A stretch of 54,991 bases of DNA, from assembly GCA_045650025.1 (NCBI GenBank), contig JAZRQR010000067.1:1-54991 (forward strand), given 5' to 3'. Origin of the DNA: Eubacteriales bacterium (lineage in GTDB: Bacteria; Bacillota; Clostridia; Oscillospirales; CAG-272). Below the pieces are notes generated by a model. It ran no database searches. It was not told where the DNA came from and was given only the letters and a program-made list of their open reading frames with translations. This document shows, piece by piece, positions 9,671-18,600 of this stretch. Within the stretch, counting starts at the first letter, position 1. The number at the start of each line of letters is the position of its first letter. Both the position numbers and the translations under genes were made by a program.

Positions 9671-9737
9671 TATCTATTTCCCTCCCCTCGCGTCTGCCAA
9701 GAGTGAATTAAACATAACTTCCGTTATATCCTTTGGT

Positions 9738-9766
9738 ATTATACACCAAACGTTTATGAATGTCAA
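9738..9766 (-). promoter_or_regulatory. Consensus sigma-A promoter for rpsU
   Basis: Minus strand TTGACA-17nt-TATAAT. Confidence 0.75.
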
Positions 9767-9794
9767 GGGGTTGCGCAAAAGTTTTTTTGCGAAT

Positions 9795-12230
9795 TTATCT
9801 GACCACAATATTGACGATCTTGCCGGGCACGGAGATCTCCTTGACAATGGTCTTGCCCTCGATCTGCTCGGCGATCTTGGGATCTGCCTTTGCCATAGCG
9901 ATGGCATCCTCCTTGGAGCAATCCACGGGCAACAGAATGGTGGCGCGCAGCTTGCCGTTGATCTGTACGGCAACCTCTACGGAATCATCCACGGTCTTGC
10001 TCTCGTCATATACCGGCCAAGGCTCGTACGCGATGGTGTTGTCGTGACCCATGATCTGCCAGATCTCCTCACCGATGTGCGGGCAGATGCAGGACAGCAT
10101 CTTGACGAGGCCCTCGGCATACTCGCGAGGGCACTTGCCTTCCTTATATACGGCGTTGACAAAGATCATCATCTGAGAAATAGCGGTGTTGAACGCCAGC
10201 TTCTCAAAGTCGTCGGTGATCTTCTTAATGCTCTTGTGGTAGATCTTCTCCAATGCGGGAACCTCGGTGTCCACGATGTTCTCTGCCTCGGTAAAGAATG
10301 CCCAAACGCGGTTGAGGAATCTGCGTGCGCCGTCAACGCCTGCGTCACTCCAGGGCTTGGAAACCTCCAAGGGGCCCATGAACATCTCGTACAGACGCAG
10401 CGTGTCTGCACCGTACTCTCTGACAACGTCGCTGGGGTTGACCACGTACTCGGGGAAACGCTTACCCATCTTGATGCCGTTTGCGCCAAGGATCATGCCC
10501 TGGTGCACCAGCTTCTGGAAGGGCTCCTTGGTGGGAGCAAGACCCTTATCGTACAGGTATCTGTTCCAGATTCTGGAGTACATCAGGTGACCGACCGCAT
10601 GCTCGGGACCGCCGATGTAAAGGTCAACGGGCATCCAGTGCTTGAGCAGCTCCTGATTTGCAAATTCATTCTCGTTCTTGGGGTCAATATAGCGCAGGAA
10701 GTACCAGCTCGAGCCTGCAGAGCCGGGCATGGTAGAGGTCTCTCTCTTACCCTTGATGCCGTTCTGATCGTACATCTTCCACTCGGTTGCGTTCTCCAGG
10801 GGTGCCTTGCCGCCCTCGCCCTTGTAGTTTTCCAGCTCGGGCAGTACCAGCGGCAGCTCACAGTCGGGCAGTACGTGTACCTCACCGTCCTCACCGTGTA
10901 CCACGGGAACGGGCTCGCCCCAGTAACGCTGGCGCGCGAAGATCCACTCTCTGAAGTGGTAGTTGACGGTGCGGCTTGCCACGCCCATCTTCTCCAGCTT
11001 GCAGGTGATGGCTTCCTTAGCCTCTTCCACGGTCAAGCCGGTGAACTCCTCGGAATTGATCAGGCGATAGCCCTTGCCAAGGTAATCCTGCTTTTCAAAT
11101 GCCTTTTCGGATACGTCCACGTGACCAAGCTTGTCATCACCGTCGATGACCTGGATCATATCAATGTTGTGCGCGATGGCGTACTCAAAGTCACGCTGGT
11201 CGTGCGAGGGAACCGCCATAACCGCGCCCGTGCCGTAGTTTGCCAGCACGAAGTCACCGATAAACATGCGAACTTCCTTGCCGTTGACGGGGTTGATGCA
11301 GGTTACGCCCTTGAGCTCACAGCCGGACTTGGTCTTGTTGAGCTCGGTACGGTCCATATCGTTCTTCTTGAGCGTCTCGTCAATGTATGCCTGCACCTCT
11401 GCCTTGTTTTCAATTCTGGGCATGAGCTGCTTGACCACCTCACCGTCGGGTGCCAGCACCATAAAGGTGATGCCGTAGATGGTCTCGATACAGGTGGTGA
11501 AGATGGAGAACTCACCGCCGCCTACGATATCGAACTTGACCTCCACACCGGTGGACTTGCCGATCCAGTTCTTCTGCATGAGCTTGGTGGATTCGGGCCA
11601 GTCGATCTCATCCAGACCCTCCAGCAGCTTTTCTGCAAATGCGGGCTGGTTGATGACCCACTGCTTCATGTTCTTTCTGATAACGGGATAGCCGCCTCTT
11701 TCGGACTTGCCGTCGATGACCTCATCGTTGGAAAGCACGGTGCCCAGCTCTTCACACCAGTTAACAGGCATGTCGATATACTGTGCATAGCCGTCCAGAT
11801 ACAGCTGCTTGAAGATCCATTGCGTCCACTTATAGAAATCGGGATCGCTGGTGGCGATCATCTTGGACCAGTCATAGTCAAATCCCAGCTCGCGCAGCTG
11901 ATTCGAGAAGGTCTTGATGTTCTCCTGGGTAAAGCCGTTGGGATGGTTGCCCGTGGTGACGGCATACTGCTCTGCGGGCAGACCGAACGAGTCGTAGCCC
12001 ATGGGGTGCAGCACGTTGTAGCCCTGCATTCTCTTCATTCTGGAAACAATATCAGTAGCGGTATAGCCCTCGGGGTGACCTGCGTGTAAGCCCACACCGG
12101 AGGGGTACGGGAACATATCCAGCGCGTAAAACTTGGGCTTGGAGAAATCCCAAACGTCGGTCTTGAAGGTCTGGTTCTTTTCCCAGTATTCCTGCCACTT
12201 TTTCTCAACTATTAAATGCTCGTACTTCAT
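9795..12230 (-). CDS. leuS: Leucine--tRNA ligase
   Basis: Motifs LDMFPYPSG-x-GLHAGH, QKNWIGKS, YGTGAVMAVPSHDQRD (editing domain), RQRYWGEP, YGADTLRLYEMFMGP, VPGKIVNIVV. Start moved from 12254 to ATG 12230 (GAAAGGA RBS). Confidence 0.97.
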   Translation of the reverse strand: MKYEHLIVEKKWQEYWEKNQTFKTDVWDFSKPKFYALDMFPYPSGVGLHAGHPEGYTATDIVSRMKRMQGYNVLHPMGYDSFGLPAEQYAVTTGNHPNGFTQENIKTFSNQLRELGFDYDWSKMIATSDPDFYKWTQWIFKQLYLDGYAQYIDMPVNWCEELGTVLSNDEVIDGKSERGGYPVIRKNMKQWVINQPAFAEKLLEGLDEIDWPESTKLMQKNWIGKSTGVEVKFDIVGGGEFSIFTTCIETIYGITFMVLAPDGEVVKQLMPRIENKAEVQAYIDETLKKNDMDRTELNKTKSGCELKGVTCINPVNGKEVRMFIGDFVLANYGTGAVMAVPSHDQRDFEYAIAHNIDMIQVIDGDDKLGHVDVSEKAFEKQDYLGKGYRLINSEEFTGLTVEEAKEAITCKLEKMGVASRTVNYHFREWIFARQRYWGEPVPVVHGEDGEVHVLPDCELPLVLPELENYKGEGGKAPLENATEWKMYDQNGIKGKRETSTMPGSAGSSWYFLRYIDPKNENEFANQELLKHWMPVDLYIGGPEHAVGHLMYSRIWNRYLYDKGLAPTKEPFQKLVHQGMILGANGIKMGKRFPEYVVNPSDVVREYGADTLRLYEMFMGPLEVSKPWSDAGVDGARRFLNRVWAFFTEAENIVDTEVPALEKIYHKSIKKITDDFEKLAFNTAISQMMIFVNAVYKEGKCPREYAEGLVKMLSCICPHIGEEIWQIMGHDNTIAYEPWPVYDESKTVDDSVEVAVQINGKLRATILLPVDCSKEDAIAMAKADPKIAEQIEGKTIVKEISVPGKIVNIVVR

Positions 12231-12292
12231 TTGTATTCCTTTCTTCCACCACAAGGGCGGTCGGTAATTGACGTAATAAAAACACTCCTTTC

Positions 12293-12321
12293 ATTATATA
12301 TTTTAATTCCCTTTTTGTCAA
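12293..12321 (-). promoter_or_regulatory. Consensus sigma-A promoter for leuS
   Basis: Minus strand TTGACA-17nt-TATAAT, about 60 nt upstream of the ATG. Confidence 0.75.
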
Positions 12322-12449
12322 GACTTTTTGCGTAAAATCGAGCAAAGCAACCGCAAGTCAGCGGCTTGGCGCGGCATCCGACACAAATGGAGAGTCTTCC
12401 CCACCCGACCACTGATTTGTACCCTGTAAAAAGACTTTTCCCCACCTTA

Positions 12450-12478
12450 TTGACAAAGCTTTTTGGGTGTGTTATAGT
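12450..12478 (+). promoter_or_regulatory. Sigma-A promoter for the 12521 lipoprotein gene
   Basis: TTGACA-17nt-TATAGT with an extended -10 (TGn). Confidence 0.65.
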
Positions 12479-12520
12479 GAGATTGTGACTATATAAAATC
12501 CCATTTGGAGAGAAAATACG

Positions 12521-13849
12521 ATGAAACAATTTGCCGCCTTTTTGCTCTGCTTTTCTATGCTTTTTGCATTTTGCTCGTGCGAATGCGAGATTTCGGATTT
12601 TTGGGAATTGTTTGAAATACAACAAACGCATCAAACCGAATCTATCCCCATTAATTATGACGAGATGATCGGCGTATACCGCGACATCATTCGCGTTTGC
12701 CAACGATATGACGGTGGAAAAGGCGAAGAGCATGATTACGCCGCGGAGTTCGGGATCGACGAACGCTGCGACAAGGAGCTTTATGAGAAGCTGTTCGTTT
12801 CCGCCTACATGTTGTACGGCGGCAGAGGACAAAATGATTGCTTCTCCCCACACTACAAGCTATCCTGCGGTTACGCGATCAAGGACATTAATCTCGATGG
12901 CATGGACGAGCTGATTCTTTTGAATGCGGACTATACCATTGTGGCAATCTTGTCCATAGCAAACGGCACACCCATACTGCTTGGCAACTACCAGCCTCGC
13001 ACCACCTGCTACATCGATGCGCAGGGCTTGCTGCACGAGCTGGGCAGTAACGCTTCGGACAGCCATTCGCACGCCGTTTATCGCATTGTAACCGGTGGTA
13101 CCGAAACCGAGCTGGTCGTGGAATTTGGCACGGCAGGCCACATTTGGGTAGACGACATTGCCGTACAGCAATATTACAAGCTGGAGGGCGAACTGGCAAC
13201 CGAGATTACCGAGCAGGAATACAGGGAGTTGAGTCAATGTTGGAACTGCTGCGACGGGCTGACAAGCGCACAAGAAAACCAATGCTGCGCAGGGCTCGTC
13301 TTCACTCCCCTGTTTACCGAGCAGGAGATCGCGGCGGAAATGTATCAAGCGGCATTCGTGGGTGAATGCGCGGTATACAACATCGATTCGGAGCAATTCG
13401 CCTTATTGGGACATTACAAAACGCCTTATAATGGCATCCCCCTCTACGAACTTCATAATCCACAGTATGCCTATGAAGATCTGGACGCCGATGGGATCCG
13501 CGAGCTGGTGCTTGCATACACTGAAGCCACTCTGATTCTCCGTTATTACCAAGGCACCGTTTACTTGTATTCTTTTACGTTCCGCAATATGTACGATCTC
13601 AATGCCGATGGCACATACGCTTGGAATCACACGGGCGAGAGGCTAACTTATGGGCAAAGCAGGCTGCATTTCGACGGTGCGCAGATCACCCACGAGTCGC
13701 TTTGGAAAGTGGTAAACGACGGCGAACCGCACGCAACGTATTACATCGGCGAACAAGAGGTCACGCAGGCGGAGCTTGAGCAATATGTGGCAAGTCACCC
13801 CAACGCCCCAATCGAGTTTTTCCCTTCGCCTGATTCGATCGGTAAGTGA
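12521..13849 (+). CDS. Hypothetical lipoprotein with two DxxxDGxxEL (Ca-binding/FG-GAP-like) motifs
   Basis: 442 aa. Hydrophobic N-terminus ending FCSC, GGAGA RBS, motifs DINLDGMDELI and DLDADGIRELV. Has its own promoter and terminator. Confidence 0.75.
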   Translation: MKQFAAFLLCFSMLFAFCSCECEISDFWELFEIQQTHQTESIPINYDEMIGVYRDIIRVCQRYDGGKGEEHDYAAEFGIDERCDKELYEKLFVSAYMLYGGRGQNDCFSPHYKLSCGYAIKDINLDGMDELILLNADYTIVAILSIANGTPILLGNYQPRTTCYIDAQGLLHELGSNASDSHSHAVYRIVTGGTETELVVEFGTAGHIWVDDIAVQQYYKLEGELATEITEQEYRELSQCWNCCDGLTSAQENQCCAGLVFTPLFTEQEIAAEMYQAAFVGECAVYNIDSEQFALLGHYKTPYNGIPLYELHNPQYAYEDLDADGIRELVLAYTEATLILRYYQGTVYLYSFTFRNMYDLNADGTYAWNHTGERLTYGQSRLHFDGAQITHESLWKVVNDGEPHATYYIGEQEVTQAELEQYVASHPNAPIEFFPSPDSIGK

Positions 13850-13866
13850 ATGGGACTATACATATG

Positions 13867-13897
13867 AAAGGAACTGCTTTTTGAAGGCAGTTCCTTT
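13867..13897 (+). terminator. Intrinsic terminator
   Basis: AAAGGAACTGC...GCAGTTCCTTT hairpin 17 nt after the stop codon. Confidence 0.7.
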
Positions 13898-13917
13898 ATT
13901 ATTGAGTTATCACAGGT

Positions 13918-13962
13918 GCGGGCGATCACATATTTCGGCTATGCCGAAATTCTCGCCCCTAC
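13918..13962 (-). repeat. GTAG-type REP-like palindrome
   Basis: Minus strand GTAGGGGCGA-gaatttcggcatagccgaaatatgtg-ATCGCCCGC. Same arms as the element at 54964. Confidence 0.65.
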
Positions 13963-13982
13963 TTTGTTATATAAAAGAAATA

Positions 13983-14010
13983 GCGAGATACCCCGATCGG
14001 GGTATCTCGC
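13983..14010 (-). terminator. Intrinsic terminator of the SBP gene (perfect 28-bp palindrome)
   Basis: GCGAGATACCCC-GATC-GGGGTATCTCGC followed by a T-rich tract on the minus strand. Confidence 0.75.
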
Positions 14011-14017
14011 CAAACGA

Positions 14018-15475
14018 TCAATCGCCCTGGTAAACTTCCAGGATCTTGCTGATCTCCTTATTCATGGTAGCTTCCTTATTTCTCTTGATCACGCTTGCAA
14101 CGGATGCATTCTTGGTGTCAAGGCAGGTCTGGAACAGGGTTGCACAAGCATAGCCCTTGCTGAAGAAGTGCGCGTAGCCGAAGTCGAATACGCGGTTACG
14201 GATGATGATGTCTACCATCTCAGCAGACTCTGCATCGCGAACGTTCTTGGACTTTGCAACCTTATCGTACAGGGTATCGGTTACCATGTAGTAAGAGGAG
14301 GATGCAAGTGCCTCCAGCATGTAGCCAACGTAAGGAAGTCTGTCCGACTTGATGCTCTTGGGTACTACAACAACCGAAGCCGCACCGTTTACAAAGCTCA
14401 TGTAGCTTTCCTGGTTGGTGTCATACTTGGGCTGGGGCATTACGCCATACTCGTCTGCCATATCCTTAAAGCCGTACTCAGAGTTTGCAATGGTGGTCAG
14501 CGAGCAAGCGGTGAACAGCGCTCTGCCCTCGGTAAATACCGTGTAGGGCTTTGCAGCCAGGCTGACGTCGGTGACGTAGAGCGAGTTGTTGGTCATGAAA
14601 ATGTTGTATACCTTGTCGTAAACGTTCTGGATCTTATCCTGGTCTACGCTGTATACGGGGTAGTTGTCGGAATCCTTGGTAAAGAAGGTTGCGCCCGAGC
14701 CAAAGAAGAAGTTGAACGGACCTGCGAGGTGCCAGCTGGTCATGCCGTAGTAGTCATCTCTGAAGTCCAGCTTACCGTCACCGTTGAGGTCCTTGGTCTG
14801 GTCCTTGGTCAGCTTTGCCAGCTCGTCCAGCGTCCATACGCCCTCTCTTGCAAGGTCGTAGGGGTAGTCCAGAGACTGGTTATCAAACTCAGTCTTGTTG
14901 AATGCCAGGCATGCGGAATACAGCATGGTGTGCGGAACAAGGTCGCCCACGGTCAGGAACTGGTGATCGCCAATGGTAAAGCCTTCCTTAGCGTCCTGGT
15001 CCCACCAGATCTGCTCGAAATCCACGTAATCCAGCTCGGAAAGGTCGATCAGAAGGTTGTTGACCGCCAGGTTGGTAGCCGAGTTTACCATGTGCTGGTA
15101 AACGATATCATATTCACCGTTACCGGATCCAACGTCGGTTGCCACCTTCTGACCAAGGAAGGTGTACTCGGTCTCCAGAATGGTGGTGATGGTGATGCCG
15201 TAGGTGGCTTCCAGTCTATCGTTTCTTCTGTAAAGTGCGTCCTCAAGGGGATCGGTAGACGCTTCGTCGCTGCCTGCGTCCATTTCGCGGTTGACCAGCA
15301 GCGTCAGGGTGTTGCCCGAAAACTCATCGGTGGGCTCCAGCGCAGAGCTGATCCAATTCTTCTCCTCAGTAGAGGCAGTGGTGTCTTCCGCATCGTTTGC
15401 ATCGTTGTTTGCACAACCTGCAAGCACGGAAAGCAGCATCAGACCGCACAGCAGCATGACAAGTACTTTCTTCAT
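14018..15475 (-). CDS. Extracellular solute-binding lipoprotein (carbohydrate ABC transporter SBP-like), orphan
   Basis: Start moved from 15682 to ATG 15475 (AAGGAG RBS), giving MKKVLVMLLCGLMLLSVLAGC with a lipobox. Motifs GVWTLDEL, DLNGDGKLD..DYYG, YGVMPQPKYD. No permease or ATPase gene nearby. Confidence 0.85.
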   Translation of the reverse strand: MKKVLVMLLCGLMLLSVLAGCANNDANDAEDTTASTEEKNWISSALEPTDEFSGNTLTLLVNREMDAGSDEASTDPLEDALYRRNDRLEATYGITITTILETEYTFLGQKVATDVGSGNGEYDIVYQHMVNSATNLAVNNLLIDLSELDYVDFEQIWWDQDAKEGFTIGDHQFLTVGDLVPHTMLYSACLAFNKTEFDNQSLDYPYDLAREGVWTLDELAKLTKDQTKDLNGDGKLDFRDDYYGMTSWHLAGPFNFFFGSGATFFTKDSDNYPVYSVDQDKIQNVYDKVYNIFMTNNSLYVTDVSLAAKPYTVFTEGRALFTACSLTTIANSEYGFKDMADEYGVMPQPKYDTNQESYMSFVNGAASVVVVPKSIKSDRLPYVGYMLEALASSSYYMVTDTLYDKVAKSKNVRDAESAEMVDIIIRNRVFDFGYAHFFSKGYACATLFQTCLDTKNASVASVIKRNKEATMNKEISKILEVYQGD

Positions 15476-15530
15476 GTGTTTTCTCCTTAATTTGTATTTT
15501 GGACATACGTATCGATTATGAAATCGTATT

Positions 15531-15559
15531 ATTATACCATCCCCCCTGCCCCTTGCCAA
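15531..15559 (-). promoter_or_regulatory. Putative sigma-A promoter for the SBP gene
   Basis: Minus strand TTGGCA-17nt-TATAAT with TGn. Confidence 0.55.
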
Positions 15560-15570
15560 GTCAAAAGCAC

Positions 15571-15604
15571 AAAAAACGCGACGCGAAGAGCTTCTCCGCA
15601 TCGC
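15571..15604 (-). terminator. Intrinsic terminator closing the type IV pilus operon
   Basis: Minus strand GCGATGCGGAGA-AGC-TCTTCGCGTCGC followed by GTTTTTT. Confidence 0.7.
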
Positions 15605-15629
15605 TTTTTGATCCAATTGTTCGATAGAA

Positions 15630-18600
15630 TCAGACCTTGACAGATCGTCTTCTGCGCAGAACGATGGCAATAATGAAGCCAACCGCCACGATCAGCAGCG
15701 CCGTCAAAACGCCCACGATGACCTCGATCGCCGTGCCACCCTCCACGACCTTAAAGGACGTGTTGACCTGCACGTTGCCCGCAGGCATAACGAAGGAATA
15801 CTTGCCGTCCACGATCTCGACCTTGATCGCCTGACCGTTGCACGTCACCGTGACCGTGTCTACGTGATACCCCTCATCCGGGTCGATCATCAGAGTCACG
15901 ACCTCACCCGCGTGCGCCTCCTTGATCACGTCAAACACACCGTTTACGGTAGGCTCTTGTGTAATCAGGTACTTATCGCGCAGCACAAAGGTTGCCTGCT
16001 CCATGGTAGATACCTGCAAATAGCCATCCTTGTGCACGACCTGCAGCGCGCTTTGCGAGCCGTCGCTCGCCAGGCGATACACGTCCGCGGTATGCACGCC
16101 GTTATAAGGCAGGCAAAGGGTCAGCTCGCTGACCAGGTACGCCACGGGCACGCCCGTGCCGTCATACATCTCAAAGCGATACGCCGCGCGTCCCTCGTGC
16201 TGCTCTGCAGCAAGGATGACGTTGCCAATGCCGTTGCCCATGAGGTAAAAGGCATCGATCTGCGCCTTGGGAAGGATCAGGATCGCCTCACCCAAGAACA
16301 CTCGCAGCTCCTCTGCCTGTGCTTCGCCCGCTTTTTGGACCACGTAGGAAAGATCGACCTGCGAGCCCGCAATGTGCAGCTCAAATCTGCCGTCCGATCC
16401 GACCGTCAGCTGACCCATAGTACCGTCCGCACCAAGTGCAATGGGCACTGCGCGGAAGGTTGCCGTATAGGTAACGGCACTGCCATCCACTGCCACGACC
16501 TCGGCATCCCAACCCGCAAACTCGTAGCGATAGTTGGCATCATCCGCCTTGGCGGGCGTTGTACCCGGATACTTGGGCAGGCTGCCGTACTCAAACTCTG
16601 CCGTGGTTGCCGATTCTCCCACCACAAACGTAACGGGATATTTGCGCACGGTCTTGCTGAATTCTGCTATGTAAATGGCGTCCTCGCGTACCGGTGTGGG
16701 CTCTCTGTCCCAACCGATAAAGGTGTAATCGTACTGCACGTCGGACGTCTTTTGCGGTTCCCCGTCAAACACGGGCAGCTGCTCATATGCCAATTCCAGC
16801 GTGGTGGTCTTACCCTCCACCACGAAATCCACTCGGTAAAGTCGGATATTCGCCTCAAACTGCGCCGTATACTCCGCATCCCCCGTCACGGGTGTGATCT
16901 CGCGATCCCATGCGGCAAAGGTGTAGGTATAGCGCTCGTCCATTTCCTTGGTGGGAACGATCGATGCGTTCTCGCCGTACGCGGGCGTCTGCCCATACAG
17001 CCAGGTGGTCTGCACGGCAACGCCGTCCACCATCCAAGTCACGGTATAGGAATTGACACGGCTTTCAAAGACTGCCGTAAAGGACATATCGCTTGTCAGC
17101 AGCGGCAGCTGGTTATTTTCGGTATACAGATTGCCTGCGGCATCCTTCCAGCCCACAAAGGTATACGAATACTGCGCTGTGGGGGGCATATACGGCTTTG
17201 CCATAGCTGCCACGACCTCGGCAAGGCTCTGCTCGTACAGATATTCCTTGCGGATCGGGTCTGCACCGCCACCCATATCAAAGGTTACGGTGTAGCGCCT
17301 GTCCACCCTTTCATACTGTGCTGTGTACGTCACGTCTCCCACAACCGCGCCGATCTGCTTATCCCAGCCGTTGAACACGTATTCGTAGCGTTCATCGGTC
17401 GGAATGTCGGTAGAGCCTTCAAATACGGGCGTTGTACCGTACTCCCATTGCTCCGTGGTGGTCTTGCCACCCGCAACCCAGGTCACGGTATACGTTCTGG
17501 GAAGTGCGCGATAGGACGCATACGCATACACGTCTTCGGTCATGCTGCTAAGATCCAACGGATCACCATTGGCATCCAGCCAGCCGATAAATTCATACGT
17601 GTACGCAAGCTCAGGCGCTCTTTCCAAGCTGCGCCATTGCTCGGGAATGACGGCTGCTTCACCGTACGTCACACCGACAGAGTGTCCAAGATAGGTTTCC
17701 TGATCACCCGTGTTGTAAAAATGCACGTAATAGCAGCGCTCCGCGGCGCTGAGGCTGATGGTTACGTTATTGGACGCACAAATCACGGTTTTCTGATTTT
17801 CCGTGAATGTGGGACGCTCACAGATCAATCCCTCCAGATACGCTTCATGCAGCTCCTGCTGCGTAACCGTCCAGCTCAGGGAGGGCTCAGCACCCGGGTG
17901 GGGCAGCTTTTCGCCTGCGGGAGGCGTGGGCTCTGCCATGTAGCCGGGATCTTCCATATACGGATCCAGCTCATCCTCGTGCGAAACGTACTCAAAGACC
18001 GGCTTGGAGGGGCATACACCGTCCACCAATCGCTCTGAAGGCTGCTGCGGCTGCTTGGTGATCTCATAGGTCTCGGGATCCTTGGGCCATGCACTCAGAG
18101 GCGTTGCCTTATTGGTATCGCTCGTGGGGCGCACGGACTGGTGCACCAGAGCAGTCGCCTTTTGATTGCCGCGCTTATCGACAATTTCATTAGGATTGAA
18201 CGTGACCGTATCGTCAAACATACATCTCTGTACGTACAAAGAGCCAAGCATGCGCACCAGCGTTGCAATATGCTCCGGATAGGAGCGCTGGAGCTCGTTA
18301 TAGATAGTATCGTTCTCGTAAAGCGTTTTGATATTGGTGTAAAGCTGACGCAGGTGCTTGACAAGTCCGTCACTCTGCGTGCCGCCGGGCACCTTTTTGA
18401 CGCGGTTGTATTCCTGGATATAGAAAGCGTACTTTTCCTGATCCGTAGTCAGGGAGCGATAGGTCAGGCAGAAGCTTTGCAGCTTTTGGGTGGACTCAAC
18501 CACCGCATCCACAGGTCCTTCGCCAACCAGCGCGGAGACCAGCGTGCGCTTTTCCTCGATCATGCCGGCAATGCGGTCGTCGATCATCATATCCATAAAG

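Noticed and set aside
13983-14010. Perfect 28-bp palindrome as an operator or recombination site
   Set aside because: Its position 7 nt after a stop codon with a T-rich tail is fully explained by an intrinsic terminator.
15476-15682. N-terminal extension of the SBP in the ORF track, and likewise the extensions of leuS, atpI, AraC and the 44449 ORF
   Set aside because: Downstream ATGs have clear RBSs and give proper signal peptides or family N-termini. The SBP and 44449 extensions also run through promoters or terminators.
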